Shown one piece after another: positions 30,346 to 39,375 of a stretch of DNA of 64,000 nucleotides (the stretch's first letter is position 1; each line of letters begins with the position of its first letter). The stretch covers positions 215-64,214 of the forward strand of contig CANSLW010000001.1 in the NCBI GenBank assembly GCA_947647815.1, in the 5' to 3' direction. The DNA is from an uncultured Dorea sp. (GTDB lineage: Bacteria; Bacillota; Clostridia; Lachnospirales; Lachnospiraceae). The notes under the pieces are model-generated. The model saw nothing but the letters and a program-made list of their open reading frames with translations. It searched no databases and was not told where the DNA came from. The position numbers and the translations under genes were made by a program.

Positions 30346-31500
30346 ATGAAAATGTTGTATAGAGAATTAGGTAATACCGGTTTGAAAGTAAGTGAGATTG
30401 GGATGGGGTGTGAAGGATTTGTAGACCATGATGGAGCTTATACAAAGGATTTGCTGGATACTGCTGTGGAATATGGGATTAATTATCTGGATCTGTATAT
30501 GCCGAATCCCAAGATTCGCCGTTTGATTGGAGATTCGATGAAAGGCAGACGGGAGAAATTCATTCTACAAGGTCATCTTTGCACTATCTGGAAAGAGGGA
30601 CAATATAAGAGAACGCGAGATATTGAAGAAGTAAAGGATGGATTTCAGGACCTTCTGAAGAATCTGGGAACAGATTATATAGAGGTTGGGATGATTCATT
30701 ATGTGGATTCTATGGAAGATTGGAAGGGAATCCTAAACGGACCTGTGTTAGAATACGCAAAAGAATTAAAGGAGAATGGTAAGATTGGGCATATTGGCCT
30801 AAGCAGCCATAATCCGAAAGTGGCTATGGCAGCAGTGGAAAGCGGATTGATTGAAGTTTTGATGTTTAGTGTGAATCCGTGTTATGATTTGCAGCCGGCA
30901 GGAGAAAATTGTGAGGCGCTTTGGGATGAAAAGAATTATGAAGAGAACCTGCTGAACATGGATTCAGACAGAGAAGCCTTGTATGAGATGTGTAGCAAGC
31001 AAGGTGTGGGCATAACTGTTATGAAAGCATATGGGGGAGGAGATCTGCTGGATGCGGCATGGTCGCCGGCAGGAAAAGAACTGACACCTTATCAATGTCT
31101 GCATTATGCATTGACTCGTCCGGCAGTGGCTACTGTGCTGGCAGGGGCGCATACGGTGGAAGAATTGAAAGTAAGTGCAGGATATGCGCGGGCATCAGAG
31201 GAGGAAAAAGATTATGCGGCGGTATTGGCATCATTTCCTAAGATTAGTTGGAAAGGTCACTGTATGTATTGCGGTCACTGTGCGCCATGTCCGAAGGGAA
31301 TTGATGTGGCGGCAGTCACGAAATTTCTGAATCTTACGAAAGCACAGGGAATGGTTCCAGAGACAGTGAGGGAGCATTATGCGGTACTGGAACATACGGC
31401 ATCAGAGTGTGTGGGCTGTAAGGCATGTGAGAAGAGATGTCCGTTTGAAGTCCCTGTGGTACAGAATATGAAAGAAGCAGTTAAAGTATTTGGAAAATAA
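30346..31500 (+). CDS. Aldo/keto reductase with C-terminal 4Fe-4S domain
   Basis: YRELGNTGLKVSEIGMG, IGLSSH, CMYCGHCAPCP, CVGCKACEKRCP. Confidence 0.9.
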   Translation: MKMLYRELGNTGLKVSEIGMGCEGFVDHDGAYTKDLLDTAVEYGINYLDLYMPNPKIRRLIGDSMKGRREKFILQGHLCTIWKEGQYKRTRDIEEVKDGFQDLLKNLGTDYIEVGMIHYVDSMEDWKGILNGPVLEYAKELKENGKIGHIGLSSHNPKVAMAAVESGLIEVLMFSVNPCYDLQPAGENCEALWDEKNYEENLLNMDSDREALYEMCSKQGVGITVMKAYGGGDLLDAAWSPAGKELTPYQCLHYALTRPAVATVLAGAHTVEELKVSAGYARASEEEKDYAAVLASFPKISWKGHCMYCGHCAPCPKGIDVAAVTKFLNLTKAQGMVPETVREHYAVLEHTASECVGCKACEKRCPFEVPVVQNMKEAVKVFGK

Positions 31501-31540
31501 TGAAATGGGTATTTTTTGACAAGATGAGAGGGATATTGAG

Positions 31541-32833
31541 ATGGGAAATACATTATATTTGGAATGTTATAGTGGAATTAGTGGTGATATGACAGTAGGA
31601 GCTTTACTGGATCTAGGAGCAAACCAGAAGATACTGGAAGAACATCTGCGAAGTCTCCCGGTGAAAGGTTTTGAGATACAGATAAGCAGGGTAAAAAAGT
31701 CCGGATTAGATGCGTGTGATTTTAAAGTGATACTGGATGAGCAGCATGAGAATCATGACCATGATAATGAATATCTCTATGGACATGAAAAGAGTACGCA
31801 TGTCCATGATAGTGAGGTGAAGCATACACATGAGCACAATAATGGAATGAATCATGTACATGTGCATGAACACCGGGGATTACCAGAGATACAAGATATT
31901 ATTAATCGTTCCGGTATTACTGACAGGGCAAAGAAGATTGCGTCTGATATATTTATGGTTCTGGCAAAAGCAGAGTCAAAGGCGCATGGAATGGCAATAG
32001 ATGAGGTGCATTTTCACGAAGTAGGCGCTGTGGATTCGATTGTGGATATTGTGGCAGCAGCCATTTGTCTGGATAATCTGGATATCACGGAGGTTATCGT
32101 TCCGGAATTATATGAAGGGAGAGGGACAGTCAGGTGTCAGCATGGCGTTATCCCGGTGCCGGTGCCGGCAGTGGCAAATATTGCCGGTTCTCATGGAATC
32201 TCTCTGCATATAACAGAAACAGAAGCAGAACTGGTGACGCCTACAGGAGCTGCAATTGTGGCGGCAACACGTACGAAGGACCGGCTCCCTGACAGATATA
32301 AGATTCGGAAGATTGGAATGGGTGCAGGAAAGAGAGACTATGGGCGGACTAGCGTTCTGCGAGGTGTGCTGATTGAACCAGAATCAGACGGGATGGATTA
32401 TATTTACAAATTAGAAAGTAATATTGATGACTGTGCGGGAGAAGCCCTTGGATATGTTATGGAGAAGTTATTAGATGCAGGGGCAAAAGATGTGCACTAT
32501 ACTCCTATATATATGAAGAAGAACCGTCCGGCATACCAGCTAAATGTTATCTGTGATGAAGAAACAGTTTCCAAGCTGGAGAAAATTATTTTCTGTGAGA
32601 CAACAACAATCGGTATTCGAAGAATGAAGATTCAACGTACTGTAATGCACCGAGAAATCCGGACAGTAGAGACTTCACTAGGTGAATCAGTAATTAAAGT
32701 ATGCAGGTTGGGGGAAATTGCCAAGGTGTATCCGGAATATGAAAGTGTTGCTGCTATCTGCAGAGAGAAACACCTGGCTTTTGGAGATGTGTGGAATAAG
32801 ATCTGCCAGGAGGCAGAAGGACAGCTGTTGTGA
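31541..32833 (+). CDS. larC: Nickel pincer cofactor nickel insertase LarC
   Basis: SGISGDM, His-rich tract, HFHEVGAVDSIVD, ELVTPTGAA, ESNIDD, MKKNRP, ETTTIGIR. Confidence 0.92.
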   Translation: MGNTLYLECYSGISGDMTVGALLDLGANQKILEEHLRSLPVKGFEIQISRVKKSGLDACDFKVILDEQHENHDHDNEYLYGHEKSTHVHDSEVKHTHEHNNGMNHVHVHEHRGLPEIQDIINRSGITDRAKKIASDIFMVLAKAESKAHGMAIDEVHFHEVGAVDSIVDIVAAAICLDNLDITEVIVPELYEGRGTVRCQHGVIPVPVPAVANIAGSHGISLHITETEAELVTPTGAAIVAATRTKDRLPDRYKIRKIGMGAGKRDYGRTSVLRGVLIEPESDGMDYIYKLESNIDDCAGEALGYVMEKLLDAGAKDVHYTPIYMKKNRPAYQLNVICDEETVSKLEKIIFCETTTIGIRRMKIQRTVMHREIRTVETSLGESVIKVCRLGEIAKVYPEYESVAAICREKHLAFGDVWNKICQEAEGQLL

Positions 32834-32837
32834 GGAT

Positions 32838-33659
32838 ATGCGCATGGACGATTATGAAAGAAAGCGGGAATTATTAAAAAAGCAGATAAGTGGATATGCA
32901 TCGAAGGATGTGATTGTTGCATTTTCCGGCGGTGTGGACAGCAGTCTTCTTTTGAAAATAGCGTGTGATGCGGCAAAAGAAAGAAAAACAATGGTTTACG
33001 GTGTCTTTCTCCATACCATGCTGCATCCACAGGGAGAATTAGAAGAAGCAGCCAGAGTCGCCAGAGAAACAGGGGCTGTCTTTCGGAAATTGGAAATTGA
33101 TGAACTTGAGGGCGCAGGTATTGCAGATAACCCTGTGGATCGATGCTATCGATGTAAACGTTATCTTTTTGAGAGAATCCTTAAGGAAGCAGACCGTCTG
33201 GGAGTATGTAAGGTTCTTGAAGGAACAAATGGAGACGATTTACACGTATATCGTCCGGGGATTCGAGCGATTGGGGAATTGGGAATTGTAAGTCCGCTTG
33301 CAGATGTTAAGCTGACCAAAAAAGAAGTGCGCAGAATGTCAGAAGAATATGGCATCTCTGTGTTTAAAAAGCCGTCTACACCTTGTCTTGCAACTCGTTT
33401 TCCTTATGGAACCAGAATATCTTATGAAGAGATGCAGAAGGTAGGAGAAGGAGAGGCATTTCTTAAAACATTGGGCTTATATAATGTGAGATTGAGAGTC
33501 CATGACAAGATTGTGAGGATCGAAGTGGATCAAGAGGATATGATGACTATGATAGAACAGAGAGGGGTTATTACAGAATATCTGAAAAGCCTGGGGTACA
33601 TTTATATTACATTGGACTTGGAGGGATTCCGGTCAGGAAGTATGGATATTGATATTTAA
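32838..33659 (+). CDS. larE: ATP-dependent sulfur transferase LarE
   Basis: AFSGGVDS, RCYRCK, EGTNGDD..YRPG, PCLATRFPYG, LDLEGFRSGSM. Confidence 0.92.
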   Translation: MRMDDYERKRELLKKQISGYASKDVIVAFSGGVDSSLLLKIACDAAKERKTMVYGVFLHTMLHPQGELEEAARVARETGAVFRKLEIDELEGAGIADNPVDRCYRCKRYLFERILKEADRLGVCKVLEGTNGDDLHVYRPGIRAIGELGIVSPLADVKLTKKEVRRMSEEYGISVFKKPSTPCLATRFPYGTRISYEEMQKVGEGEAFLKTLGLYNVRLRVHDKIVRIEVDQEDMMTMIEQRGVITEYLKSLGYIYITLDLEGFRSGSMDIDI

Positions 33660-33762
33660 TGATAAAGTAGTAATTTATTCCTGTATAATAACAAAAAGTT
33701 GGACATGTTTGCATGCACATGTGGCGGCTGCAACAGAAAGATGTGAGTATAAAAATAAAAAG

Positions 33763-33848
33763 CGCAGCGGGAGGGATTTGAACCCCCGGAGCCTTGCGGC
33801 TCTTCTGCTTTCGAGGCAGATGCCATCAGCCAACTCGACCACCGCTGC
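33763..33848 (-). tRNA. tRNA-Ser (CGA)
   Basis: Reverse complement GCAGCGGTGGTCGAGTTGGCTGATGGCATCTGCCTCGAAAGCAGAAGAGCCGCAAGGCTCCGGGGGTTCAAATCCCTCCCGCTGCG; long variable arm, G discriminator. Confidence 0.9.
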
Positions 33849-33974
33849 GTACTGTTTGTCATTATAACACAAGACCGTGCGAAGAGGAATACCTAATTTG
33901 AAAATTTCAAAATAAAATATTGCTATAAAGTAACAATTTGTATAGAGAGTGCAGATGTAGGCGATATTACAAGG

Positions 33975-34121
33975 AAAGAGGGCTGACGCTTTTGCGTCAG
34001 CCCTTGGAGGGGGATGAAAAAATCTATCTAAATTTAAGAAAATGTCTAGGCGAAGTCCGGTAACCATACTTTACTGAATATGTAATGTGAAGTACGATTA
34101 CCGTCTTCATTTATTTGATGT
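33975..34121 (-). ncRNA. Candidate trans-acting sRNA with anti-SD/anti-start motif
   Basis: TATAAT -10, start ACATCAA, TTTTTTCATCCCCCTCC immediately before terminator AAGGGCTGACGC-AAAA-GCGTCAGCCCTCTTT. Confidence 0.5.
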
Positions 34122-34228
34122 TTTTATTATATAAAGAAAATGTGACACAAGTATGTCAAAAGCTGGAAATGTTTATAAAATTTCTTAAGGGAAACTTAAG
34201 ATGGTCTAAAATTAAAAAGAATGTTGCA

Positions 34229-34285
34229 TTCTCGCAGGCAGCAAGCCGAGAGGGTGCTTGCAGGTATTGGGTGACTGTGGTGAGA
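34229..34285 (+). repeat. Dispersed ~60-bp intergenic repeat, degenerate copy
   Basis: CTCGCAGGCAGCAAGCCGAGAGGGTGCTTGCAGGTATTGGGTGACTGTGGTGAG. Confidence 0.5.
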
Positions 34286-34342
34286 TCCCAGGCTCATGAA
34301 ACAAGGCACCGGGTGATAAGAGCTGTAAGCTTTTGTATTTTA

Positions 34343-34477
34343 TCACACGATGCCTTGCTGGGACGTACTGCGACGGAAGGGTAAAGGTGCCGCTTCTATG
34401 CGGTCCGCCACAGCCGGACTATAGCTGAATATCAGCCGCGCTCCGGAGCACAGGAGTCCCCTGACAGGAACTCTGCA
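34343..34477. ncRNA. Candidate structured ncRNA (multi-stem), family not recognised
   Basis: GC-rich island in AT-rich intergenic DNA; GGGAC/GTCCC closes four short hairpins. Confidence 0.4.
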
Positions 34478-34505
34478 TATATCATATCAGTTTGTCTATT
34501 GAAAT

Positions 34506-35375
34506 TCAATAGTTGCTATGACTCATTTTTAATAAAAGCGGTAAATATTGTTCATAATTCACACCGTCATTGCGGGGGATTTGTTCTTTGACAGAATCAA
34601 TCAGTGAACATTCCAGAAATTCTCCGGCGGTCTGGATGACGGAAGAAAGAGAATAACCCTGTGCAATTCCGGCGGTGATACAAGAAGCGAACAGATCCCC
34701 GGTTCCAGAATAACTGCCTCCTATATACGGGAAGGAAAAGAGAGAGGCCTCGTTGGCATTAACCAGCAGGTTTCCCATCTTTGTGATGCCATCTGTATCC
34801 TGGAACTGGATTCCGGTAACGATAACGCTTTTTGGCCCTTTATGACAGAATTGCCGTGCTGTTTCCTGGATTGCATGCATTAATCCATCAGGAGTACTGT
34901 GTGATATCAAAGAAGGGTAATCTGTGCCTGTAAGAAGGCATAATTCAGTCAGATTCGGTGTGATGATATCGGCCTGTGCGGCGAGCGCCTGCATTTGGCT
35001 TAGAAGGGCAGGTGTATATATAGGGTAAGTCTGGCCGCAGTCTCCCATAACAGGATCGACCAGAAGAAATGTGTCCGAACCTTTAAAAGTGTCAATAAAG
35101 CGGAAAATATGGTTTATCTGTTCTTCACTTGCGACAAATCCGGTATAGATTCCGTCAAAATGTTGTTCCATCTTCTCCCATTCTAAACGGAAGAATTCCA
35201 TCTTATCCGTATAGTCATCGCAATAATAGCTGGGATATCCGGTCTGGGCAGTTAAAACGGCAGTTGGAAGAGGGCAGGCTTGGACACCCATTACTGAGAG
35301 TACAGAGATTGCGGCAGTGAGTGAACAGCGTCCAAAGCCAGATAAGTCATTGATTACTGCTATTTTTTTTGTCAT
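34506..35375 (-). CDS. pdxK: Pyridoxal/pyridoxamine kinase
   Basis: NDLSGFGRCSL, VDPVMGD, ITPNLTE, SGTGDLFAS. Confidence 0.9.
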   Translation of the reverse strand: MTKKIAVINDLSGFGRCSLTAAISVLSVMGVQACPLPTAVLTAQTGYPSYYCDDYTDKMEFFRLEWEKMEQHFDGIYTGFVASEEQINHIFRFIDTFKGSDTFLLVDPVMGDCGQTYPIYTPALLSQMQALAAQADIITPNLTELCLLTGTDYPSLISHSTPDGLMHAIQETARQFCHKGPKSVIVTGIQFQDTDGITKMGNLLVNANEASLFSFPYIGGSYSGTGDLFASCITAGIAQGYSLSSVIQTAGEFLECSLIDSVKEQIPRNDGVNYEQYLPLLLKMSHSNY

Positions 35376-35638
35376 AGAATTTCAATGTCCTTTCGTGTGT
35401 GATAGATGTCTTAAGGGTATCTTAAGTTTGTCCAAAATATAATGTTTTAAAAATTATGTTAACATCAGTATGGATAGTTTGAAATGTCCAGATACAAATA
35501 AAATAGACAAGCCAGTTTTTTATTGTAAGTAGTAATTATTTAATTTTACTCACATTATGTAAAAGTCAGGATTGTAAATTACTTGAAGTTTAATTTCAAA
35601 ATCAACTCAAAAATAACTCAAAATATGTAAAAAAGATA

Positions 35639-35667
35639 TTGACATTGGAGGATAATTAGGATATAAT
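35639..35667 (+). promoter_or_regulatory. Consensus sigma-70/SigA promoter for tRNA-Arg
   Basis: TTGACA-N17-TATAAT. Confidence 0.85.
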
Positions 35668-35698
35668 TAATTCCGTTGTAAAAAAGTTTTATAGCCAT

Positions 35699-35772
35699 GT
35701 GGGCGTAGCTCAGCTGGATAGAGCGTCTGGCTACGGACCAGAAGGTCGGGGGTTCGAATCCTCTCGCCCACG
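35699..35772 (+). tRNA. tRNA-Arg (ACG)
   Basis: GTGGGCGTAGCTCAGCTGGATAGAGCGTCTGGCTACGGACCAGAAGGTCGGGGGTTCGAATCCTCTCGCCCACG. Confidence 0.97.
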
Positions 35773-35775
35773 TCG

Positions 35776-35807
35776 AAGTCCTTGCAGATTTTCTGCAGGG
35801 ACTTTTT
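35776..35807 (+). terminator. Intrinsic terminator after tRNA-Arg
   Basis: AAGTCCCTTGCAG-ATTTT-CTGCAGGGACTTTTT. Confidence 0.75.
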
Positions 35808-35920
35808 GAAAATACGCAGGTGTATTGATGTGAGTATTATATCACGGATTGTTCCGTACTTTGTGGTATCATAATTATAAGATGTCAGTACATCACAATG
35901 TCTGATGGGGGAATCTTAGG

Positions 35921-36091
35921 ATGGAGAAGAGAGTGATCATGTGTGAGGTTTGCCGCAATAACTGCCAGATAGAGGCTGAGATTGTAGACGGAGAGGTAAT
36001 TGACGTTACGGGAAATGGGTGTATGAAGGGGTTTGTTTTTGCTCAAAATACGGTCAGGAATGGTGCGCAGGATTCAATAGAAAGACCTTAA
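35921..36091 (+). CDS. 56-aa Cys-cluster protein (DUF1667 N-terminal-like), not in the ORF track
   Basis: MEKRVIMCEVCRNNCQIEAEIVDGEVIDVTGNGCMKGFVFAQ...; CxxCxxxC...GNxC matches the N-terminus of the 46454 protein. Confidence 0.7.
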   Translation: MEKRVIMCEVCRNNCQIEAEIVDGEVIDVTGNGCMKGFVFAQNTVRNGAQDSIERP

Positions 36092-36173
36092 GATTTTTTG
36101 TAGACATTTGCGGTGAAATGTACTAATATAGTAATATCGTCAGCAAATCTTAAGAAAGAAGGGAATTTGGACT

Positions 36174-37442
36174 ATGAAGAGAAATGTTATTGTAGGACAG
36201 TCAGGAGGACCGACAGCAGCGATTAACTCAAGCCTTGCAGGAGTTTACCGTACTGCTAAGGATCGTGGAGCACAGAAGGTATATGGAATGCTTCATGGCG
36301 TGCAGGGATTATTGGAAGAGAAGTATATTGATCTGTCGGATCATATCAAGACAGAACTGGATGCAGAGTTACTGAAGAGAACACCGGCTGCATTCTTAGG
36401 GTCATGCCGTTATAAGCTTCCTGAGATTCATGAGAACCGTGAGGTTTATGATAAAATTTTTGCAATCCTTGAGAAGTTGGATATTGAAGCATTCATCTAT
36501 ATCGGTGGTAATGATTCCATGGATACGATCAAGAAATTATCTGACTATGCGATTATTACAGGTTTTTCAACAAGATTTATCGGATGCCCGAAGACAATTG
36601 ATAACGACCTTGCATTGACAGACCATACACCAGGATATGGAAGTGCCGCAAAATATATCGGAACGTCCATGAAAGAGATTATCCGTGATGGTTTCTGTCT
36701 GGAGAATGAGAAAGGAATTGTTACAATTGTAGAAATTATGGGACGTAATGCAGGATGGCTGACAGGTTCAGCAGCATTATCCATGGGAGAGGACTGTGAA
36801 GGTCCAGATATGATTTATCTGCCGGAGATTACATTCGATCTTCATGCATTTAGTTCAAAGGTGAAAGAATTATTGGAGCAGAAAACTTCTATTGTTGTTG
36901 CGGTATCCGAAGGAATCCGTGTTGCAGATGGAACTTATGTATGTGAATTGGGGAATAATATTGACTTTGTTGATGCATTCGGTCATAAGCAGTTGTCAGG
37001 AACTGCATCCTATCTTGCAAGCTTTATTGCTGGTGAACTTGGATGCAAGACTCGTGCAATCGAGCTTAGTACACTGCAGAGAGCGGCATCCCATGCAGCA
37101 TCACGTGTTGATATCCTTGAGGCTTATCAGGTTGGCGGCGCGGCTGTGAAGGCAGCAGACGAGGGAGATTCAGGAAAGATGGTAGTTTTGAACAGATTGT
37201 CTGATGATCCGTATCAGTGCGGAACAGAAGTAAAAGATGTTCACAAGATTGCTAACGATGAAAAGCTTGTTCCAAGAGAATGGGTGAATGAGGAAGGCAC
37301 CTATGTAACAAGTGAATTTATTTCATACGTAAGACCGTTGATTCAGGGTGATGTATCACCGGTTATGGTTGATGGTATTCCAAGACATCTGCTTACACCG
37401 AGAGAGTTAAGTTACAGACAGAAAAAGTGCAAGTCAGAATAA
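36174..37442 (+). CDS. 6-phosphofructokinase family protein (possibly PPi-dependent)
   Basis: GQSGGPTAAIN, YIGGNDSMDT, PKTIDNDL, EIMGRNAGWL. Confidence 0.9.
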   Translation: MKRNVIVGQSGGPTAAINSSLAGVYRTAKDRGAQKVYGMLHGVQGLLEEKYIDLSDHIKTELDAELLKRTPAAFLGSCRYKLPEIHENREVYDKIFAILEKLDIEAFIYIGGNDSMDTIKKLSDYAIITGFSTRFIGCPKTIDNDLALTDHTPGYGSAAKYIGTSMKEIIRDGFCLENEKGIVTIVEIMGRNAGWLTGSAALSMGEDCEGPDMIYLPEITFDLHAFSSKVKELLEQKTSIVVAVSEGIRVADGTYVCELGNNIDFVDAFGHKQLSGTASYLASFIAGELGCKTRAIELSTLQRAASHAASRVDILEAYQVGGAAVKAADEGDSGKMVVLNRLSDDPYQCGTEVKDVHKIANDEKLVPREWVNEEGTYVTSEFISYVRPLIQGDVSPVMVDGIPRHLLTPRELSYRQKKCKSE

Positions 37443-37471
37443 GATTTATAATAAGAATCATAATAAGAGAT

Positions 37472-37508
37472 GAAAAACCGCTGTACAATTATTGTGCGGC
37501 GGTTTTTT
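37472..37508 (+). terminator. Intrinsic terminator after pfk
   Basis: AAAAACCGCTGTACAAT-T-ATTGTGCGGCGGTTTTTT. Confidence 0.75.
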
Positions 37509-37851
37509 GCTGGCATTGTTTAAGCTGTTGATTCCCTCTGTTGTATTTTAGCTGATTATCGCACTGTTTCACGGTATTAGCAATCGTAACAGGCGGAAAT
37601 TTTTATGATAGAAGTTTTTAAAAAAAGTACTTGTATTTTCCTGTGAAATCGAGTAAGATATATCCATCTTCAAGAATCTGTTATTTTCGTATCATTCTTA
37701 ATTCTGATTTGCCAAAGTATACGGAAGAAGCTGCCAGCGGCAAGTTCTATAGTTAATTCTAAAGAGTAAAAGATTAAGACAAAGTTATTTGAGGGGCAGG
37801 GATATATCCTGTTTTGTCGAAAGTATTTGACTATAAAGAGAGGTGGTGTAA

Positions 37852-39375
37852 ATGACATCGAAAGAAGGATACGATGTATTGCGTCTGATAGAGCATGGGC
37901 AGACGTGTTACATCAGTTCGGAATATATCAAGGGGAAGATTTTGGTCAGTTGGCTGAAAATGCATCCTAATCTGACAAAAGAACGATTGTTTCTAATGAT
38001 AAGGGAGATTACAAATCAGTTATGCATGATTCATAAATGTAGAAAAAAGCCATATTATCAGTATGTTAATCCATACAGCATAGTGATTACGGAAGAAGGA
38101 GAAGTCTATTTTTTGGATCTGGAGGCAGGTTCTAATGAAGAGAGAATCAGATATATGCGGAAACGCGCTATAAGAGAAGCTTTTCTTCCGCCGCAGGAGG
38201 CGTATTATCAGAAAGCCAGTATGGAGCTTGACATGTATGGATTAGGAAAGACAATCCAATATCTTCTGGCCATGGCAAGACCGATACCCGCGCTGAACAG
38301 ACGGGAAGAGAAGAAATATCTAAAAATCATATCAAAATGTCTGAATGACCATTCCAGGTTATCTTACAGAAATGTATCAGAAATTCGTAGAAATATTCCA
38401 AAGTGTACACAAAAAATAAAACATATCCCTATACACAAAAAACAGCTGCTTCTTATCGGCATATCTGTATTCATCTTATCAGCGGTATGGAAAGTACAGG
38501 GAATGGGAGGTAATGAGTTAGAAGAAATAGAAAAGGGTAAAGTAAGGGAGGTAAAAGAAGAAGAACAAGAAACAGCAGAGGATAAAAGCATAAAGACCAG
38601 AGGTAATGAAGATGAAAATGTCTATATGGAGCTTGCGATGCTATACATACTGGATGTAGAGGATTATGAAAAGAGCCTTTATTATCTTGAGAAGGTTCAG
38701 GGAGAACATATTTCAGTCAGGAAGCTAAAAGCGGTTGCTGAGGCTCTTCTTGGAAAGAAAGATAACCTGAAAAATCTGGAAAATGAATTGGAAAATAATT
38801 CGAAAGAGAATCTATATGAGATGGAGGAAGACATTTCTGAAGAAAATTTCTTGAGATATTGTAGATGTATCATAAAGGGGAATGCCCTGTTGGATACGGA
38901 GCAGTCGTCAAGAGAGATACTTTCGTTTGGAAAGGAGTGTATAGAGCAGATGGAAGATGGCAGTGCAGAAGAAATAGAAGTAAAAGAGTATATGGCGTCG
39001 GCATCTGAGAAGACGGGTGAGACAGAAGAGGCGGCACGAATATATGAAGAGATACTTGAGGCAGAAAACGATGCAAAAAAACGAGAGGAAATATATAGGA
39101 AGCTATCTATATTATATGAAAATTGCGGTCAAAACGACAGATCGATAGATGCCTGTATTAAAGGAATCAGAGAAATAGAAGGATCAGAAGAATTGAGAAT
39201 TATGCATATTAGACTGTTGTGCAAGGATATTTCTGTAGAACGTGTGTTTTGTGCACAGACAGTACGGGAATATATTCAGCAGCTCCCTGGAATTCTCGAA
39301 AGAGAAGAATTCCAGAAGCTGCAGAGAGAATACGAGATACAAGTGGAAGGAGAGAATGTATGGGTAGGAAGATGA
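37852..39375 (+). CDS. Pseudokinase-like N-domain, TM segment and TPR-like C-terminal region
   Basis: 'SEYIKG', 'HKCRKKPYYQYVNPYSIVITEEGEVYFLDL', 'DMYGLGKTIQYL' resemble a kinase C-lobe lacking HRD/DFG; TM near aa 200-215; TPR-like helices. Confidence 0.6.
   Translation: MTSKEGYDVLRLIEHGQTCYISSEYIKGKILVSWLKMHPNLTKERLFLMIREITNQLCMIHKCRKKPYYQYVNPYSIVITEEGEVYFLDLEAGSNEERIRYMRKRAIREAFLPPQEAYYQKASMELDMYGLGKTIQYLLAMARPIPALNRREEKKYLKIISKCLNDHSRLSYRNVSEIRRNIPKCTQKIKHIPIHKKQLLLIGISVFILSAVWKVQGMGGNELEEIEKGKVREVKEEEQETAEDKSIKTRGNEDENVYMELAMLYILDVEDYEKSLYYLEKVQGEHISVRKLKAVAEALLGKKDNLKNLENELENNSKENLYEMEEDISEENFLRYCRCIIKGNALLDTEQSSREILSFGKECIEQMEDGSAEEIEVKEYMASASEKTGETEEAARIYEEILEAENDAKKREEIYRKLSILYENCGQNDRSIDACIKGIREIEGSEELRIMHIRLLCKDISVERVFCAQTVREYIQQLPGILEREEFQKLQREYEIQVEGENVWVGR

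Noticed and set aside
33763-33848. tRNA-Sec or suppressor tRNA, prompted by the atypical GCAGCGG acceptor stem
   Set aside because: Anticodon is CGA with a 7-bp acceptor stem and G73, consistent with tRNA-Ser.
33649-34067. ORFs 33649..33867, 33656..33862, 33675..34067
   Set aside because: They overlap tRNA-Ser; shadow frames.
34115-34384. 89-aa ORF
   Set aside because: Runs through promoter boxes, a repeat copy and the structured RNA candidate; no RBS or protein signature.
34343-34477. 6S RNA assignment
   Set aside because: Only a short GCGGCACC match on the minus strand; no long rod with a central bubble is evident.
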